Positions 12,779-25,880 of a DNA stretch of 64,000 bases are shown here, piece after piece. The position numbers were made by a program, and so were the translations under genes. This stretch comes from Lama glama (Eukaryota). The stretch spans positions 45,386,001 through 45,450,000 of the forward strand of contig CM052816.1 in assembly GCA_028534125.1 (NCBI GenBank), in the 5' to 3' direction. The notes beneath the pieces are model-generated. The model made no database searches. It worked only from the letters and a program-made list of their open reading frames with translations, and was not told the origin of the DNA. How positions within the stretch are numbered: position 1 is the stretch's first letter; each line of letters begins with the position of its first letter.

Positions 12779-14013
12779 TTCTGTGGTACCCACAGGATTA
12801 GTAACTGAAAACAACAACAAAAGAACTACTGAAAAATCACATGCTTATGTTTTCCTGATGAACATAGAGACTATAAACTTCCGTAAGTTTCAAGAGCATA
12901 ATCAACTTCTCTCTAGATCAGAGAGCAAAACTTGCCCGCATAAGTTACAGCTATTCCCTTCAGCCCATGGCTACCATTCAGGGCCCAGAGGGTACAGAAA
13001 TTGGGAGTGAGGGTTGCAGGGAGACACAAAGTCCCAGAACCACTTACCCTTGAGAACTGGTGCTTAGAACTACTCACCCAGAGGGAGCAGAGTGAAGACC
13101 TTAGTCTCCGATCGAGAGCAGCTGAATGGCAGACGTCTCAGGCAGGCCAGTCAGTGCATTATTGCTAAGGGATCATCACAGACCACCAGACTGATGTCCC
13201 TGCCTTCCTCCCCCACATGGCTTACAATGACAAGAGTCCCTAAGAACCTAAGTACAGCCACAGGAAAAGGCCAAGGGAGCCCAGAATTGCCAGAGTAAGC
13301 TCCCACCACCAGTAGAATGGGGCTCAATTCAGCTATGATCAAACAGAGTCATATTCCTCACATATCTTTCTGGCTGGATTGAGATTCATACCTTGACATT
13401 CCAGGCAGAAGGACCCTAAATAAAACACAAGAGGATTGGCAAGCAGGGCATTTATAGGAAACAGCAGGCAGTCTGGCATTGCTGCAACAGTAGGTGAAGG
13501 AAACTGAAAACTGAAGGTTTTCAAATACTAAACTCAAAGGTTCTGACTTCATGCTAAAGTTACAGGGCACCATCACAGGTTTGAGAATTGGGGGTGGAGT
13601 GAAACACACATTCAGAAATATGTTGAGAAACACAGTTAATGTGGAAAATGTATTTGACAGAGGAGACTGAGACATGAGTGACGAGACTGAGACATGAGTG
13701 AGTAGACTGACTCTTGCAATAATCAAAGACATGATTTTGGTTGGGTGAAATGTACATACAGTATACACACATGGGTGTGCGTGTGCACGCACATGCATAG
13801 AAAACTCAAGAGATGATCTTCTGAATCAATCAGTATCACAAAGCTTTGAAGAAATGAAGGGAGTAGGACTCTTTCATAATAACCCATTCGTCTGCAGTAC
13901 TAAGCTCTGCACATGCTCTGTGCTCAATAACCCTTAGTGCAAACATTTGCACAATCTCAGTGTGCCAGTAAGGGTATGAGTGATTGACTTTAACACTTGG
14001 AACTTACAATAAT

Positions 14014-14033
14014 AGCAGCAGCAGCAGCAGCAG
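14014..14033. repeat. (CAG)n short microsatellite
   Basis: AGCAGCAGCAGCAGCAGCAG. Confidence 0.85.
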
Positions 14034-14249
14034 TTAACAAGACATTTTTATGAATGCTTTCAGGCATGTTTTTTGGAATTATATCCATTTCTCAGATGAA
14101 TAAACTGAGACTCAAAGAAGCCATCACATAACTGATAAGTGGTGAAAGTCCCGTCATTTAATCCTCAAAACAAGTTAATACACAGGTCTCATTATCCCCT
14201 GCTACCATGAGGAAACAGCCCCAACAAAAGAAACATCCTCAAGTTCATG

Positions 14250-14812
14250 AAAAACCATCATCTCTTGCCGAGACAACTGCACAATGACTTAGAGCGAGCC
14301 TCTGAAAAAGTTAGGTCAGATCAGCCTACTCTTGCGCACCAATCCTACCAATGACGTCCACCTCATTTGGAGGAAAATTCTACGAGGCCCTCTTACATCT
14401 CCCTGACTTCGTCTACTTCTCTCTTCCACATTCCAGAACCTACACTTTCTGACTGTCCCCAGAATAAACCCCAGGACTGTGCTTTCTTTTCCTTTTATCT
14501 GGAACATTCTCCCCCAGTTACATGCATGACTTTCTCATTTTCTTCAGATCTCTGCTCAAATGATACTTCCCAGAGAGCCCTTCCTTGGCCTCTCTGTACA
14601 AGGTAGCTCAGCTTCTATTATTCTCAGTCCTTTTACAATTGCTTCACCCTTTTTTATTGCACTTCATCCCAACCCAGCATGCACCCTTGTCTCCTGCCAC
14701 CACCACTGCCAAATATAAAGACAAATAAAGGGATTTTGTCTGTATGTTTACTGCTCTAAACAGAGTCAGGGACAGGACCTGACAAAGTCTGCACTCAATA
14801 AATGAATGAATA
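14250..14812 (+). mobile_element. L2 LINE 3' portion
   Basis: CTGGAACATTCTCCCCCAG...CAGAGAGCCCTTCCTTGGCC...GCACTCAATAAATGAATGAAT terminal repeat. Confidence 0.75.
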
Positions 14813-16659
14813 CATGGAGCCGGGTCTCTAACTCTGGACAAATTCGAAAAATCATGCTTTTTAAGTTAACCAACCAAATTCAATTTGAAATGCATCTTAA
14901 ATGTTCAGTTATAGTCTTGGATAACAGAAATTTAAAATTATCTAAAAATTCAATAGCTGTACTAATTACTACCTCTAAAATGCAGTGTGACTTTTTCTGA
15001 CATCACTAATAGCTCTAGTCTAATTTTATATGCATCTTTTTTACAGAGTGCCTGCACCTATCAGTGTGTGACCACCAATAACGAGACTGACTTTCACATG
15101 CCACCAAGAAAATGTTCTCTATGGGCTGGTCATTCTCATCTGCATGTACGTATGTGTATATATACTACATACCAATCCTACAGTCTCTGACGATTTCTTT
15201 GAATCAGGAAGTTTGTCTTAACACAAATCACTGTTAACTTTTTTTAACATTACATTCTATCGTAGTTTAGTATCATCAACTCTCCACAACTGAGATAAAC
15301 TTAGAGATTACATGTTTTTACCGAAGAGAGAAAAGTACAGGGGAGAGAAGCACTATTTTAAAGGTATTAGTAGAACTTTTAGTGAACATCTGATACCAAA
15401 TGTGATTGTGTTTTTCTAACAAATTAAATATGTCTCTTCACAAAATAGTACCTAGAAAACCAGGTACCAATCAAAACACTTGGAAGTTTTTATTGTTGTT
15501 TTTACTGTCTTAATAACAACAAAAAAGCCTGTCTCCACTGGCAAATAGAGACTGCGTGCAAAAATCTTTACCTTCAAAACAAAACCAGAAAAGATAAGTA
15601 AGTATCCACAAAGTTTATTGGAGAAAAGTCTTCAGGGCGCTTTGAAAAACAGAGTTTGGAAAGAGTGCCTCCTAGTGGGTAGACTTGTTCAATGTAGAAG
15701 TAACAAGATGGAAAAGTACCTTTTACATGAAAATGAAAGGGGATACTTGGAAAATCATACCAATAACAACAACAAAAAAAAATTCACAGCCTTGCAAACT
15801 CATTTCCTAGCAAGTCACCACTTCCTTGAATTCTCTCACCTGTTAAAATGACTGCATACAGATTTATCAAAGAGGAAAATAAGCTAAATTGTCCAGCAAT
15901 GCTTGAGAAATCCTTACTAGCAAGTGGAAAATTTGTAACAATGTATGTGGGGAAGGAAAATAAAACAAAATGAGTAAAGTAAAAAACCTAAAGCTAGAGT
16001 TCTTTATGGTTCTTGATGATGCAGCTTTGTAGCTCTGCTCCTGTGGATTACTGATTTTATGACCACTAAATATTCAATTAAGTGTGAAGATTTCGGGTGA
16101 TCAAATTTAGATCAGCAATAGATTGCCAGTGATTTTTCTCTCAGTCAATATATAGCAAAGGTTTTCAAGCATATGCCTGTCTGAGATAGTTATTTCATAT
16201 CTGTCCACCAGCTAGGAAACTTGCCTAATTATGAATTGATCAAAGAAGGAATGGACAAATTATTAAAATATTTCTCTTAAGAAACTGTTGTCAATTCCAT
16301 GTTGTTAAATCATACTTTACTTTCCATACTTCTATTTAATCATTCTATAAAATTTAACACAACTGATAACAGCACAGCTGGAAAAGTTATTCTTACAATT
16401 TGTGTTTTTAAAAGATTCAACTCATTTCTAAGTAGCATTGTATTACTCTTAGGAAATTAAACATTTTTGCCTAGTGAAATTTATCAATTTGGGCAGCAAC
16501 ACAGAATTGAACTAAAAAAGAAATTTATTTTATAGAAGCTCCGTTAAGTGAGCTAGATATATTCTTGGATACATGACCAACTTTGGGGGTAACAATTCCT
16601 TTCATACACTCCCTCTCTACTCTAAGCCTTCAGTCTCCCCAATGGGAGACTGAATCAAT

Positions 16660-17120
16660 GGTAAAATTACACGCTTCTTCGATACCCAGACCTTGATGAC
16701 GAGCTCCTGTTTACCAGTCCAGCTTCATTTCCCACTTTTGCCCAATTTTGCTTTACACTTAGTCTAGTCATCGTAAACCGAGGTTTGATCCTCTTTTTTC
16801 AACAACACATGACAAGTTCTGTCAGAGATGCCCGTTCTTGCCAATGTTACTCGCTCCACCTAGACACACTACAGCCAATAGCTCCTCTTCCCCTTCTCCT
16901 TCACATCACCTGTCAAAGTCTACTGATCTAATCTTTCAGTGATCAGCTTAGATGTTATCTATTCCAAGTCACCCTGGGAATGGATGAAGCAGCTCCTTCT
17001 CTGAGCTCTCATGGCTGTTCGTAAGTCTCATCTCAGCACTGACACCCTGTAGTAAAACAATCTGTTTAGGTTTCTCCTGCTCAAAGCCAGGTAGTTTAGC
17101 CCTAGCACCCAGCATCATGC
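16660..17120 (+). mobile_element. L2 LINE fragment
   Basis: Pyrimidine-rich L2 3' region (TCAGCTTAGATGTTATC...CCTAGCACCCAGCA). Confidence 0.5.
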
Positions 17121-17526
17121 ATTTTCTTTTTTTTTTTAATTCCTTTTAAACTGAATTCATGGGAAACCTGTAACTTGTGACAGAATTTTATAGCAGCACA
17201 TATAAAACTGGAGACAATTATCTTTTATATACATCATACTACATCTTACTCTAACATTTGTTTATGAAAATATCCTTTTAGCTAATACCTGCCTTACAGG
17301 CATAACAAAAATTATGAATGTAAACTGCAATTTATGCTATCTAATTTATGCAACGCACACATGTAATGTTCACAAGTTTAAAAGGACATGGTCTGGGAGG
17401 GCCAAAAAATGCTTCTATTTCTCATGGAGATAAATAATTTGGTTGGTTTAATGCTGAAAACATCCAAATTCCAAGCATGACTTCTATGACAGTGTGTCTC
17501 CAGAGAAGACAAGATGAAATACAAAC

Positions 17527-17622
17527 CTGGTCACTCAGTATAAAGGTACTGAGAGCCACCATGGAACAGATGGTCTGTAGAAGTTTTTGAAGACTCCAAA
17601 GTGAACAAGATGCAGTTTCTAT
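17527..17622 (-). other. Candidate 96-nt cassette exon
   Basis: Minus strand: tgcattgtctcttgtag|ATAGAAACT...AGTGACCAG|gtttgt; open in phase 0 (IETASCSLWSLQKLLQTICSMVALSTFILSDQ); peptide not recognised. Confidence 0.25.
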
Positions 17623-17654
17623 CTACAAGAGACAATGCATCAAGAACCAAATAT

Positions 17655-17822
17655 ATGTACTACTCCTAAAGCGTGAGCACCTGCAGTAGCAGAATACACA
17701 GGTGCTGTTTACGAATGCGGGTGCTGACTCAGCAAGTCTGGCTGGGCCCAATATTCTAATTTCTAAGAAGTTTCCAGCTGATGCTAGTGCTGCTGGTCTG
17801 TAGATCACGTTCGGAGTAGTAA
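17655..17822. mobile_element. MER5A-like hAT-Charlie MITE
   Basis: TTTCTAAGAAGTTTCCAGCTGATGCTAGTGCTGCTGGTCTG...ACGTTCGGAGTAG. Confidence 0.7.
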
Positions 17823-18174
17823 CGGTTAAAATTCGTGGCAACGCAGGTAAAGCAATGACAAACTGAATTTCAATGGAAGGTACCCAGGAAGGCCACTGAT
17901 GGGCCGTGACAAATGTCCAGGATAAAGGGAGAAAGAGTTCTTGTCACAGGAAACTTCAAAAATAAAGATGTACAGCTATGGAAATATAAAACAGCGTTAA
18001 GTGATAGTGAGCAAGCAAAAATGTTCAGAGTGTAGAACAGGGGAAAGGGTAGCAAAAAACAAGGTCAGAGAAGTAACCTGAGGTCAGGCTGCGACTGGTC
18101 TATACAGCCGTCACCATCATGGAGTTTATCCCATTAAGCAGTGCAGAGACTCGGAGGGATACTGGACATTTTTT

Positions 18175-18420
18175 GTTACCTTAATTTTTACTGAATATAT
18201 TTGACACATAACCTTGTGTACATTTAAGGTGTATATGTTAATTTGATACATTTATATACTGCAATATTACTGCTGTTGTAGCAAATTTAGCACTGCCAGT
18301 CATATTACGTAACTAGCCTTTCTTTTTAGTGGTTGGGGTAATTTAACTTTAGTCTCTTACCAAGTGGGATGATTGCAGTACATTAACATTGTCTGTATTC
18401 ATTATACTGTGCATTAGACA
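18175..18420 (-). mobile_element. L1 3' UTR fragment (L1MA-like)
   Basis: TTGACACATAACCTTGTGTACATTTAAGGTGTA...TTTGATACATTTATATACTG, reverse complement of an L1MA 3' end. Confidence 0.7.
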
Positions 18421-18619
18421 CCAATATTTTAGAAGGATAATTCTGACATTAGCATGGGGGATGGATTGGTAGAAATAAACACAACCAGGCAAAAGGGTAC
18501 TTGAAATAGTTTAAGCAAGAGATGTTGAAGGCTTAGACTACTGCAGTGGCATTTCAGTGAAGTGAGGAAGAGGATCCTGCAAAAGACATTTATCAAGCTA
18601 CATATGGCACAGACATGGA

Positions 18620-18930
18620 ACTGTCTACCAAAATCCATTCTCTGATGTTTTGTGGCACAGAATGATGGCCGGGGAGTGGCTGCTCACTTAGAGATTGTGT
18701 TTCTTGGACCACGCTCTGCAGTCAGCTGAATGTGAGTGGGAGTGATGTGACAACTCAGAACCTGCTTAAGAGGCAATTTTTGACCCTGGACTTTTCCACT
18801 ACTAACCCATCTCCTAATGGTGGAGTGGTGACACTGGAAGCCACACGCTGAAGATGAGAGAGCTGCTGTGGTCTGAGCCTCTAAAGAACTGTGTAGGTTA
18901 GAGCTGTCCATGAACCAGAGCCCGCACCTC
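18620..18930. mobile_element. Old LTR fragment (MLT1J/K- or LTR16-like)
   Basis: TGTCTACCAAAATCCATTCTC...AATGTGAGTGGGAGTGATGTG motifs. Confidence 0.5.
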
Positions 18931-19539
18931 AGGCTGCTCTAGGGGGAAAAACCAAAACAAGACAAAACTTCACTGGCCAAATATGACTATTATGCATAGG
19001 TATTATTATGTGTCTTGTTCCAGCAGCTTAGTTTTTCCTTTCAGCCTCAGGAGGATTGAATCATTTAAGTGGTTGTGAGGAGTAAAGACCACTAGGGATT
19101 TCAGAATGAGTAAATTCAACAGCACAGACCACGGGGTTGATGATGTGTTCTTATTCAAATTAAAGAAATGCAGAAGGAATTGCAGTTATAGGAAGAAGAC
19201 ACTAAACTCACTTTTTGAGGGATGAAGTTTATGGGACTTGCAGGATATCCTGTTGTAGACATCCAGAAGGTTTTTAGACAAACAGGCCTGGATCTCAGGA
19301 GAATAGAAGAGCTTTGTAGAAGCCACGGGAGGTGGGGGAAGGCAAAGGGAGGGGCTGTGCAGTAGGAAGAGAAAGCTGTCAGTTACAGGGCCTGGGGAAT
19401 AAAACCAATGGAGGAGTGGGGTCCAACCAAAAGAGATGAGTACGGGGACTAATAGAACAAATAGAAAACACTGTCACAGAAATTTTAAAAAAATAAAAGA
19501 GAAGACAGATCTTACAAAACAATGTCAAGTGAAAATTAC

Positions 19540-19860
19540 AAAAACAGGTGCTAAATAACACATTCACACACTTTGATATGATTTTATAAAGGTAAAACAT
19601 AAAAATATGACATATGATATACTGACTAGGAGTACACACATATACAGTAAAAGTATAAAAAATGCATAGGAACGTGAAATACCAAATTCTGGATAGCAAT
19701 TACACTTCTGTCTGGGCAGGGAGGAAATTCCAGTCAGGGAGGAACACACAGGGAACTTGAACTCTGTTAACAATATTTTATTTATTAAACTGGGAGGAGG
19801 CACATGAGTGCTCATATTTTTAACAGTTTACATGTTTCATAATAAAAATTTGAAATTAAT
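19540..19860 (+). mobile_element. L1ME 3' UTR fragment
   Basis: ACCAAATTCTGGATAG...GGAACACACAGGGAACTTGAACT...TTTATTTATTAAACTGGG...CACATGAGTG. Confidence 0.7.
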
Positions 19861-21329
19861 TAGAATGCTAAAAAAAAAGTTTCACAAAGTAGGATGTTGT
19901 AAACAGTATCAAAGATGAGAAATGGAAAAACAACCACTGGATTTGGCAGACTGGAGTCTGCTAATCACATTTATAAGAGGAATTTCAGTAAGTACAGAAG
20001 AAGTTGAGTTAGACTTTTTTTAATTAAAAGAGTAAATTTCCATGGTTATATTTTAAACATTAACTACACTACTTCTACTGAGCTTTTCAGTTTACAGGAA
20101 ATCATATAACTATTTTGAGATAAATAAATAAATTCTATTTCTGCAATAATTAGGGGAAAATACTCATGAGATAACTTCAGTTCATCTAACAGAACAAATT
20201 TCTTAACTAGCTTAGTTCATTATAGGAAGAAACTATAAAGTGTTACTCACTTTCCATTAGCATATTAAAATTTTAAGTCCCATATCTAATAAAATTATAT
20301 ACATTAGAGGGGGCAGCAGAATTTAGAATGACAGGAAGTAAAAACTGACTCTGAAGTGAAAAAAGATCTTTTTTATTCAAGAAGCCAACAAACAATTTTC
20401 AAGAGTATTGCAAAATAACCCTCTTTCAAAATATTGTTCCTATTTATTCTAGCAGTGATGGGATCAAGCTATTGCCTATATTCCCACTAATGGAACTGAA
20501 CTCAAAGCTTAAACTAAACCTCATCTGAATCACAGACAAATACATTAAATACTATATTTTAGCAAGGTAAGAGATTACTTTCATGAAAAACTTTAATTTT
20601 TCAAACTCCAGTTGTTTTTCTTCTTGTTTAAAATAACAATCACTACAAGATCCTGGCAACATAAAAGAAAGTGAACTACTAATTTGAATTTGCAATAACA
20701 GAATTTTATACATGTCAATAACACTTTCCAACATTATTTTCTCTTATCAACTTTTCTGAAATTTCTAATTCCATCCCAAATACCACCCATCTAATCATTA
20801 GAATAAAACTATTATTATGACTGGGCAAGATTTTCTATTCCACCTACTGTTTGGGAATATAGAGACACTGTCAAGAAGTATGTAGGAGATCAAACAGGAA
20901 TAAGGATGCAGATTTGGGCAAAGAGGAAATGATTGGACCAGATGAGTTCTATGGCCCTTCATGATTCTGTCATTCTAAATATAAGTGACAGGAAGGATGC
21001 TATTAGTAGCCAGAGAACATTAAAAACTAGAAAAAAGAGGTTTTGATTTGATCTTTGGGGTAGCGGGTAGTTCACCATGCTTCATGAGTAGCCAGAAAAC
21101 TGAGGGATGATCAAATGAAAACAAAAAAACTTTTAGAGAAACTTAACCGAAACTCTGTGTATGAAACAATGAGCTCTCTGCCAGATTTAGAAGATAAATA
21201 TGAAATGTTATGGGCCTTGAAGCTTACTTCCTCAAAGCCCTACACTGCTACAAAGTGCCCAAGCAAAGGTATATGTGTCGTAATGCACCTGGAAAGCAAA
21301 CGTTCTCATGCTTGTACAAAGTCGATGTG

Positions 21330-21800
21330 CAATAATATCTGGAATCAATCAAATAAAATGTTGAAGTGGATTGAAGTGGTGCTGCAGTGACTACCTGACA
21401 AGGTGAGGAGGAGGAGGAGAAGACTGAGACGAGATAGAATTAAAGTCTATAAAATCATAAATATGGAGAGAATAAGAACAAATAGAAATGGGGAAATACA
21501 GGACATTAGTAAAGTCTTAAGGATTCACTTTAAAAATGAATACTACTTTTTTTTTAAGTTCAAAGATAGTAAACTTTTGGAGAAGCCTGTATTATGGCAC
21601 AAAAAAAATGGTTATGGAGAAAAACAGAGTTATAGAAATTCACGGACTGCAGCAATAAGGAGCAGTGACTATGTTGGGAAACGTGCCTTGCTTTCTAAAG
21701 CTAACAAAATGGGTTGGGATTAGTACTTTTAGACACTGTCTATATCCCTAAATCAGAGAAAGGCACTAAGCAGGATGGTCCAGTGGTATGACCTAGCAGC
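21330..21800 (+). mobile_element. Ancient CR1/L3 LINE 3' fragment
   Basis: Translates RRRLRRDRIKVYKII, like the CR1 RT C-terminal RRLRGD-I-VYKI motif; GGATGGTCCAGTGGTATGACCTAG resembles a CR1 3' UTR. Confidence 0.55.
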
Positions 21801-22019
21801 AGATTGATTAGGTCCCTGGGAGATGAAGGTTGAATTCCTAAACTGAGGAAAGACACAATGAAAGAATTATTTGAGAAGATCCTGATGGCTAGTATATGTA
21901 TGTGTTCCACTAACTAAGAAGTAAAGAGATGGAAGCCTTGGCTGTAGTGATGTTAGAAGTGGAAATGTAATTATAGGGTGGTTTAAATAATTATTGTGGA
22001 GTGAAAAATACCAGAAATA

Positions 22020-22250
22020 AAGAGCCTATATACACCAGACACTGTATAAAATATTTATATACAGATATCTCATTTAATCTTCATAACAACCCTGTAAACT
22101 TATTATTGTTGTATGCATTTTAAAGAGCAAAAAACCAAGGCACAGAGACATTAGGTTAACTTAGTGGTCCAAAGCTACAAAAATACTAAGTAGTGGGGGC
22201 TGGATTTCAAACCTGGATATAGCTACATTCAAAATCTACAATCTTTCCAC
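22020..22250 (-). mobile_element. MIR SINE
   Basis: ATCTCATTTAATCTTCATAACAACCCTG...AAAACCAAGGCACAGAGA...GCTGGATTTCAAACC. Confidence 0.8.
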
Positions 22251-22669
22251 ACTAATCTTTGTACCTACCTCTCCTACTGAACTTGGTAACTCACAGACAT
22301 GGAAGACCCAAGAGACAAAATCACTGAAAACAGCCCGAAGGTTCGAACCTAGTGATGTGAATGTTAATAAGAGAGAACTAGCCTCTAAGAAATATGTTTC
22401 AATCATTTCTCTCTAGATCTGGACCTTTGTTTAGTCTAGTAGACATGGCTTGTCATAAACCCACTGCAGGCTTCCTGAAAGTCAGTGAACGCTTCTGGAG
22501 GATCATTAGAGCCAGAGTTGACCCAAAATTGTGGGACTACTTCCCATAAGAATTGGCACCTCCTACGGCCACCTGATTGTAATGATCTAGCACCCAAATC
22601 ACAGGGTCTGTAAGAGCCAGTCTTAGAAAATCCACTTAGATGTTTGATGCAGGGGTTGGAAGGGATCTG

Positions 22670-22860
22670 ATATGCTTCAGATTCTAGCTTCTGTTCTTAT
22701 TGATCGTATAACCTTGACTTGGGTGTTTATTCTCTCCATGCTCAGTTTCCTCATCTGAAAAATGAAATAGTAGAATACATCTTCTGAGAGCTATGATAAA
22801 GGTGAAATAAGGCAGAGAAAGTACTCTGTATAGTACTTCACAAATGCTCTTTTTACAATA
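22670..22860 (+). mobile_element. MIR SINE
   Basis: CTCAGTTTCCTCATCTGAAAAATG core. Confidence 0.75.
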
Positions 22861-24536
22861 ATGATGATGATGAAGAAAACGACAGAGGATGAGTAGGAGG
22901 AAGAAGAAGGAGTCTAATCCAAAAGTTCACAGATAGCCTCCGAACATCTTCATTTCTGTGTATCTGTTATCCAGTAACCTCCTCTCTGCTTGGAAGCATG
23001 CTTTCTATAGTCAAGGAGTAATACACAACATAAGATGAGACTCTTAAGAACTGGTTTTTCTTTTAAGGAAAGAGATATGTTCTCTCAGTTGGTCAGGTTT
23101 GAAATTTTCTTCCTCAGCAGTGAGTCAGAGTCAGAGTTTGATATAAACCTTAAGAATGTGAAGCCAGTTTCACTTGTTCATTTTGTTTTGATTTACCACA
23201 ATCTTGTTTGCTCATTTTGAGTATCCCAACTGCCAACACACAGTTGGCATAAGCATGGTAGTTAAATTTTATCCATTCTTGGTAGGTTACTTGCATTTAA
23301 AATTTTTTTGCTGATAATGATTGAGAAAGTCACTTTTAAATTAGAATAACCTGCCCATATCTGTCTGAGTCTAGACACACCACTAGGTATACCCCCTACT
23401 TTCAGGTAAAACTGCCCGTCGTTCTGTTAGCAAATGTAGCTATTTGCAGCATTTCCCCCTTCTTCTCATTGCTGGAGTCCTGAAAATAAATGATAATTCC
23501 CAATTCCAGGAAATTTGTGGTGAAACAGCATTCAGTGCTGATAGTCTTGGGATTGCTACATCCCTTATGAAAGCAGTGTGGTAACTACGGACAGCAAGGT
23601 TTGTTCATTCTCTTTGATTTGGTCTGAAAGTGATCCAACAGAAATCAAATGATACTGCACCACTGTTTTCTAGTGACTTACACATGAAACATGTGACATT
23701 ATAAAAATGCTTTTAAGAAATTATGATACACAAATATATGAACATTTTAATGAAAATTTGAAGACTATGAAGAAACACTGGAAATATTTGCTGTAATATT
23801 AAGGAAAACAGAATATATAAATAGAATATAAAATAATGTATACATTGTAGTTAAAACTATATAAAACATTGGTTCTTCACCCGGGGTACATATGAGACCA
23901 TCTGCAGAGTTTCTTAAAAATTTAAGTGCCAAGGGTCCACCACAAAGGGATCCTAATCAATTGAGCTACTGGTGGCAGGATTGTTGAAAATTTACATTTC
24001 CTTTAGATTTTATTTAGTGTAGTAATGTTATCAATTTCAACATACCCTCATATTTTCAAATGTTATTAAATCACAAAATTATTAAGGCACCACTTTGAAG
24101 TCAATGAAAATTATTATATTAAACCTCTAGTTTTAAAAACTGCCATTGTCTTATTAAAAATAATCCTTACTTGCAATTAACTCACTGGAATGGGATTCTA
24201 GAAGCAATCTCATAAAAATATAATAAAGTGGCTCCACTCAATACTGAGAGGGGAGACCAAAAGCATCCCACGTCCAAATTTCGCCTCCGAGTCTCTTGAG
24301 CTCTCCAAGTGCTGGTGCTAGTCCATGACCAAAGGAAACCTTCTGGCAATGCTACAGGGAGGTCAAGATTCCCAGGCCACACCCATCTAAACCGCAACCT
24401 CTCACCTCAAATAAAGGAGCATCAAAAACATTCAAGTGCTTGAAAGTATGAACAAATGATATAGTTAAGTATGGCCAGAAGCCTTATCATTAGAGTCCAA
24501 ATTTTTACACATATGAATTGGGAAATGACCTATTAG

Positions 24537-24565
24537 CTGTCTGTCTGTCTGTCTGTGTGTGTGTG
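24537..24565. repeat. (CTGT)n(GT)n compound microsatellite
   Basis: CTGTCTGTCTGTCTGTCTGTGTGTGTGT. Confidence 0.9.
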
Positions 24566-25374
24566 TACATATGTATGAGTAAAATCGACCAGTCTGCTCT
24601 TTTGAAGTGATTCTGGTAATTCTTCTGTCTAAGGATGAGGCACGCCCATGTAGTACACTTATAAGGACAAAGCCTGTGACCAAGAGGCTGGGCTCCTCCT
24701 CCCTAGAGCATCCCAGTGGGGTGGGGGAGAGTCCTCTCAACCACAAGCCAGCCAACAGCCCTTGGTGGGCAGCGCATTGATAACAGCGGCTAATTTTAGA
24801 ACTCAATGTGTATTTTTTTTACTTTGTTCCCGCCCCCTCTCTAACAATCTTAAAGTCAGCATTCATCTTGCAGGGTGAGTTTGCCTTCCTTTAGCCTTCG
24901 GACACAACGAAAAAACAAACAGGGTTATGGACTTCATCGTGCTCAGCTCATGTGGCTTTTCGCCAGATTTCTGACCAAAGGCCACAGAGATTAATAAGTA
25001 ATACTAAAGTCAGAGGAATTAAACAACCACAGAATTCTTAAGCCAAACTCCACAGTCACTCAACACAACAAATTTCAAAATAATATTATAACATCAAAGT
25101 TTTTTTAAAGAAGAGTATTGATTACCTTAAATGTTTTACTTGTTTTTAAAAATGATAGCACCTTATAATAATTTTTGAAAAGTTACCCTAAACTACATCT
25201 GAATATATTACATTTTCTAAGATTGCTTTGAGAATATTGTCTTGATAATTAGTCTTTCCTAGGTAATAATCCCTACCAATTAATGATAATGAATATTTTA
25301 AAAAGTTTATGTTTAAATTTCTCAAAGTTAAAAGAAAAAAAAAGCAAAGGAAAAAATTACAAACATAGTAACTT

Positions 25375-25880
25375 ATCTGGAAGCAACTTAAGTGTCCATC
25401 AACATATAAATAGATAAAAGCAGATGCAGGGTGTCTGTGTGTGTGTATGTGTGTGTGTAACGGAATACTACTCAGCTGTAAAAAAAAAAGAATGAAACAA
25501 TGCCATTTGCAGCAACATGGATGGACCTAGAGATTATCATACTAAGTGAAGTAAGTCAGACAGAGAATGACAAATATATGATATCACTTATATGTGGAAT
25601 CTAAAACAATAATACAAATGAACTTATTTACAAAAGAGAAACAGATTCACAGACATAGAAAACAAACTTATGGTTACCAAAGGGGAGAAGAGGGGGCAGG
25701 GATAAATTAGAAGCATGGGAATAACTGATACATATCACTAAATATAAAATAAACAAGGATTTATTGTATAATACAGGGAACAATATTCAATATCTTGTAA
25801 TAACCTATAAGAGAAAAGAATCTAAAGAATATATATATATATATAAGAATATTTATATATATATAAAAAACTGAAAAAGA
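25375..25880 (+). mobile_element. L1 3' end (ORF2 tail plus 3' UTR, artiodactyl type)
   Basis: GCCATTTGCAGCAACATGGATGGACCTAGAGATTATCATACTAAGTGAAGTAAGTCAGACAGAG; GAACTTATTTACAAAA...CTTATGGTTACCAAAGGG. Confidence 0.92.

Noticed and set aside
13663..13701. 20-bp tandem duplication (a similar one lies at 46818-46852)
   Set aside because: Ordinary slippage-type duplications
13358..13798. Longest ORF (146 aa, minus strand)
   Set aside because: No recognisable domain; it runs through a purine-pyrimidine repeat and a tandem duplication; consistent with chance
17539..17590. TATAAA followed by a perfect Kozak GCCACCATGG on +
   Set aside because: ORF is only 9 codons and the TATA is too close to the ATG
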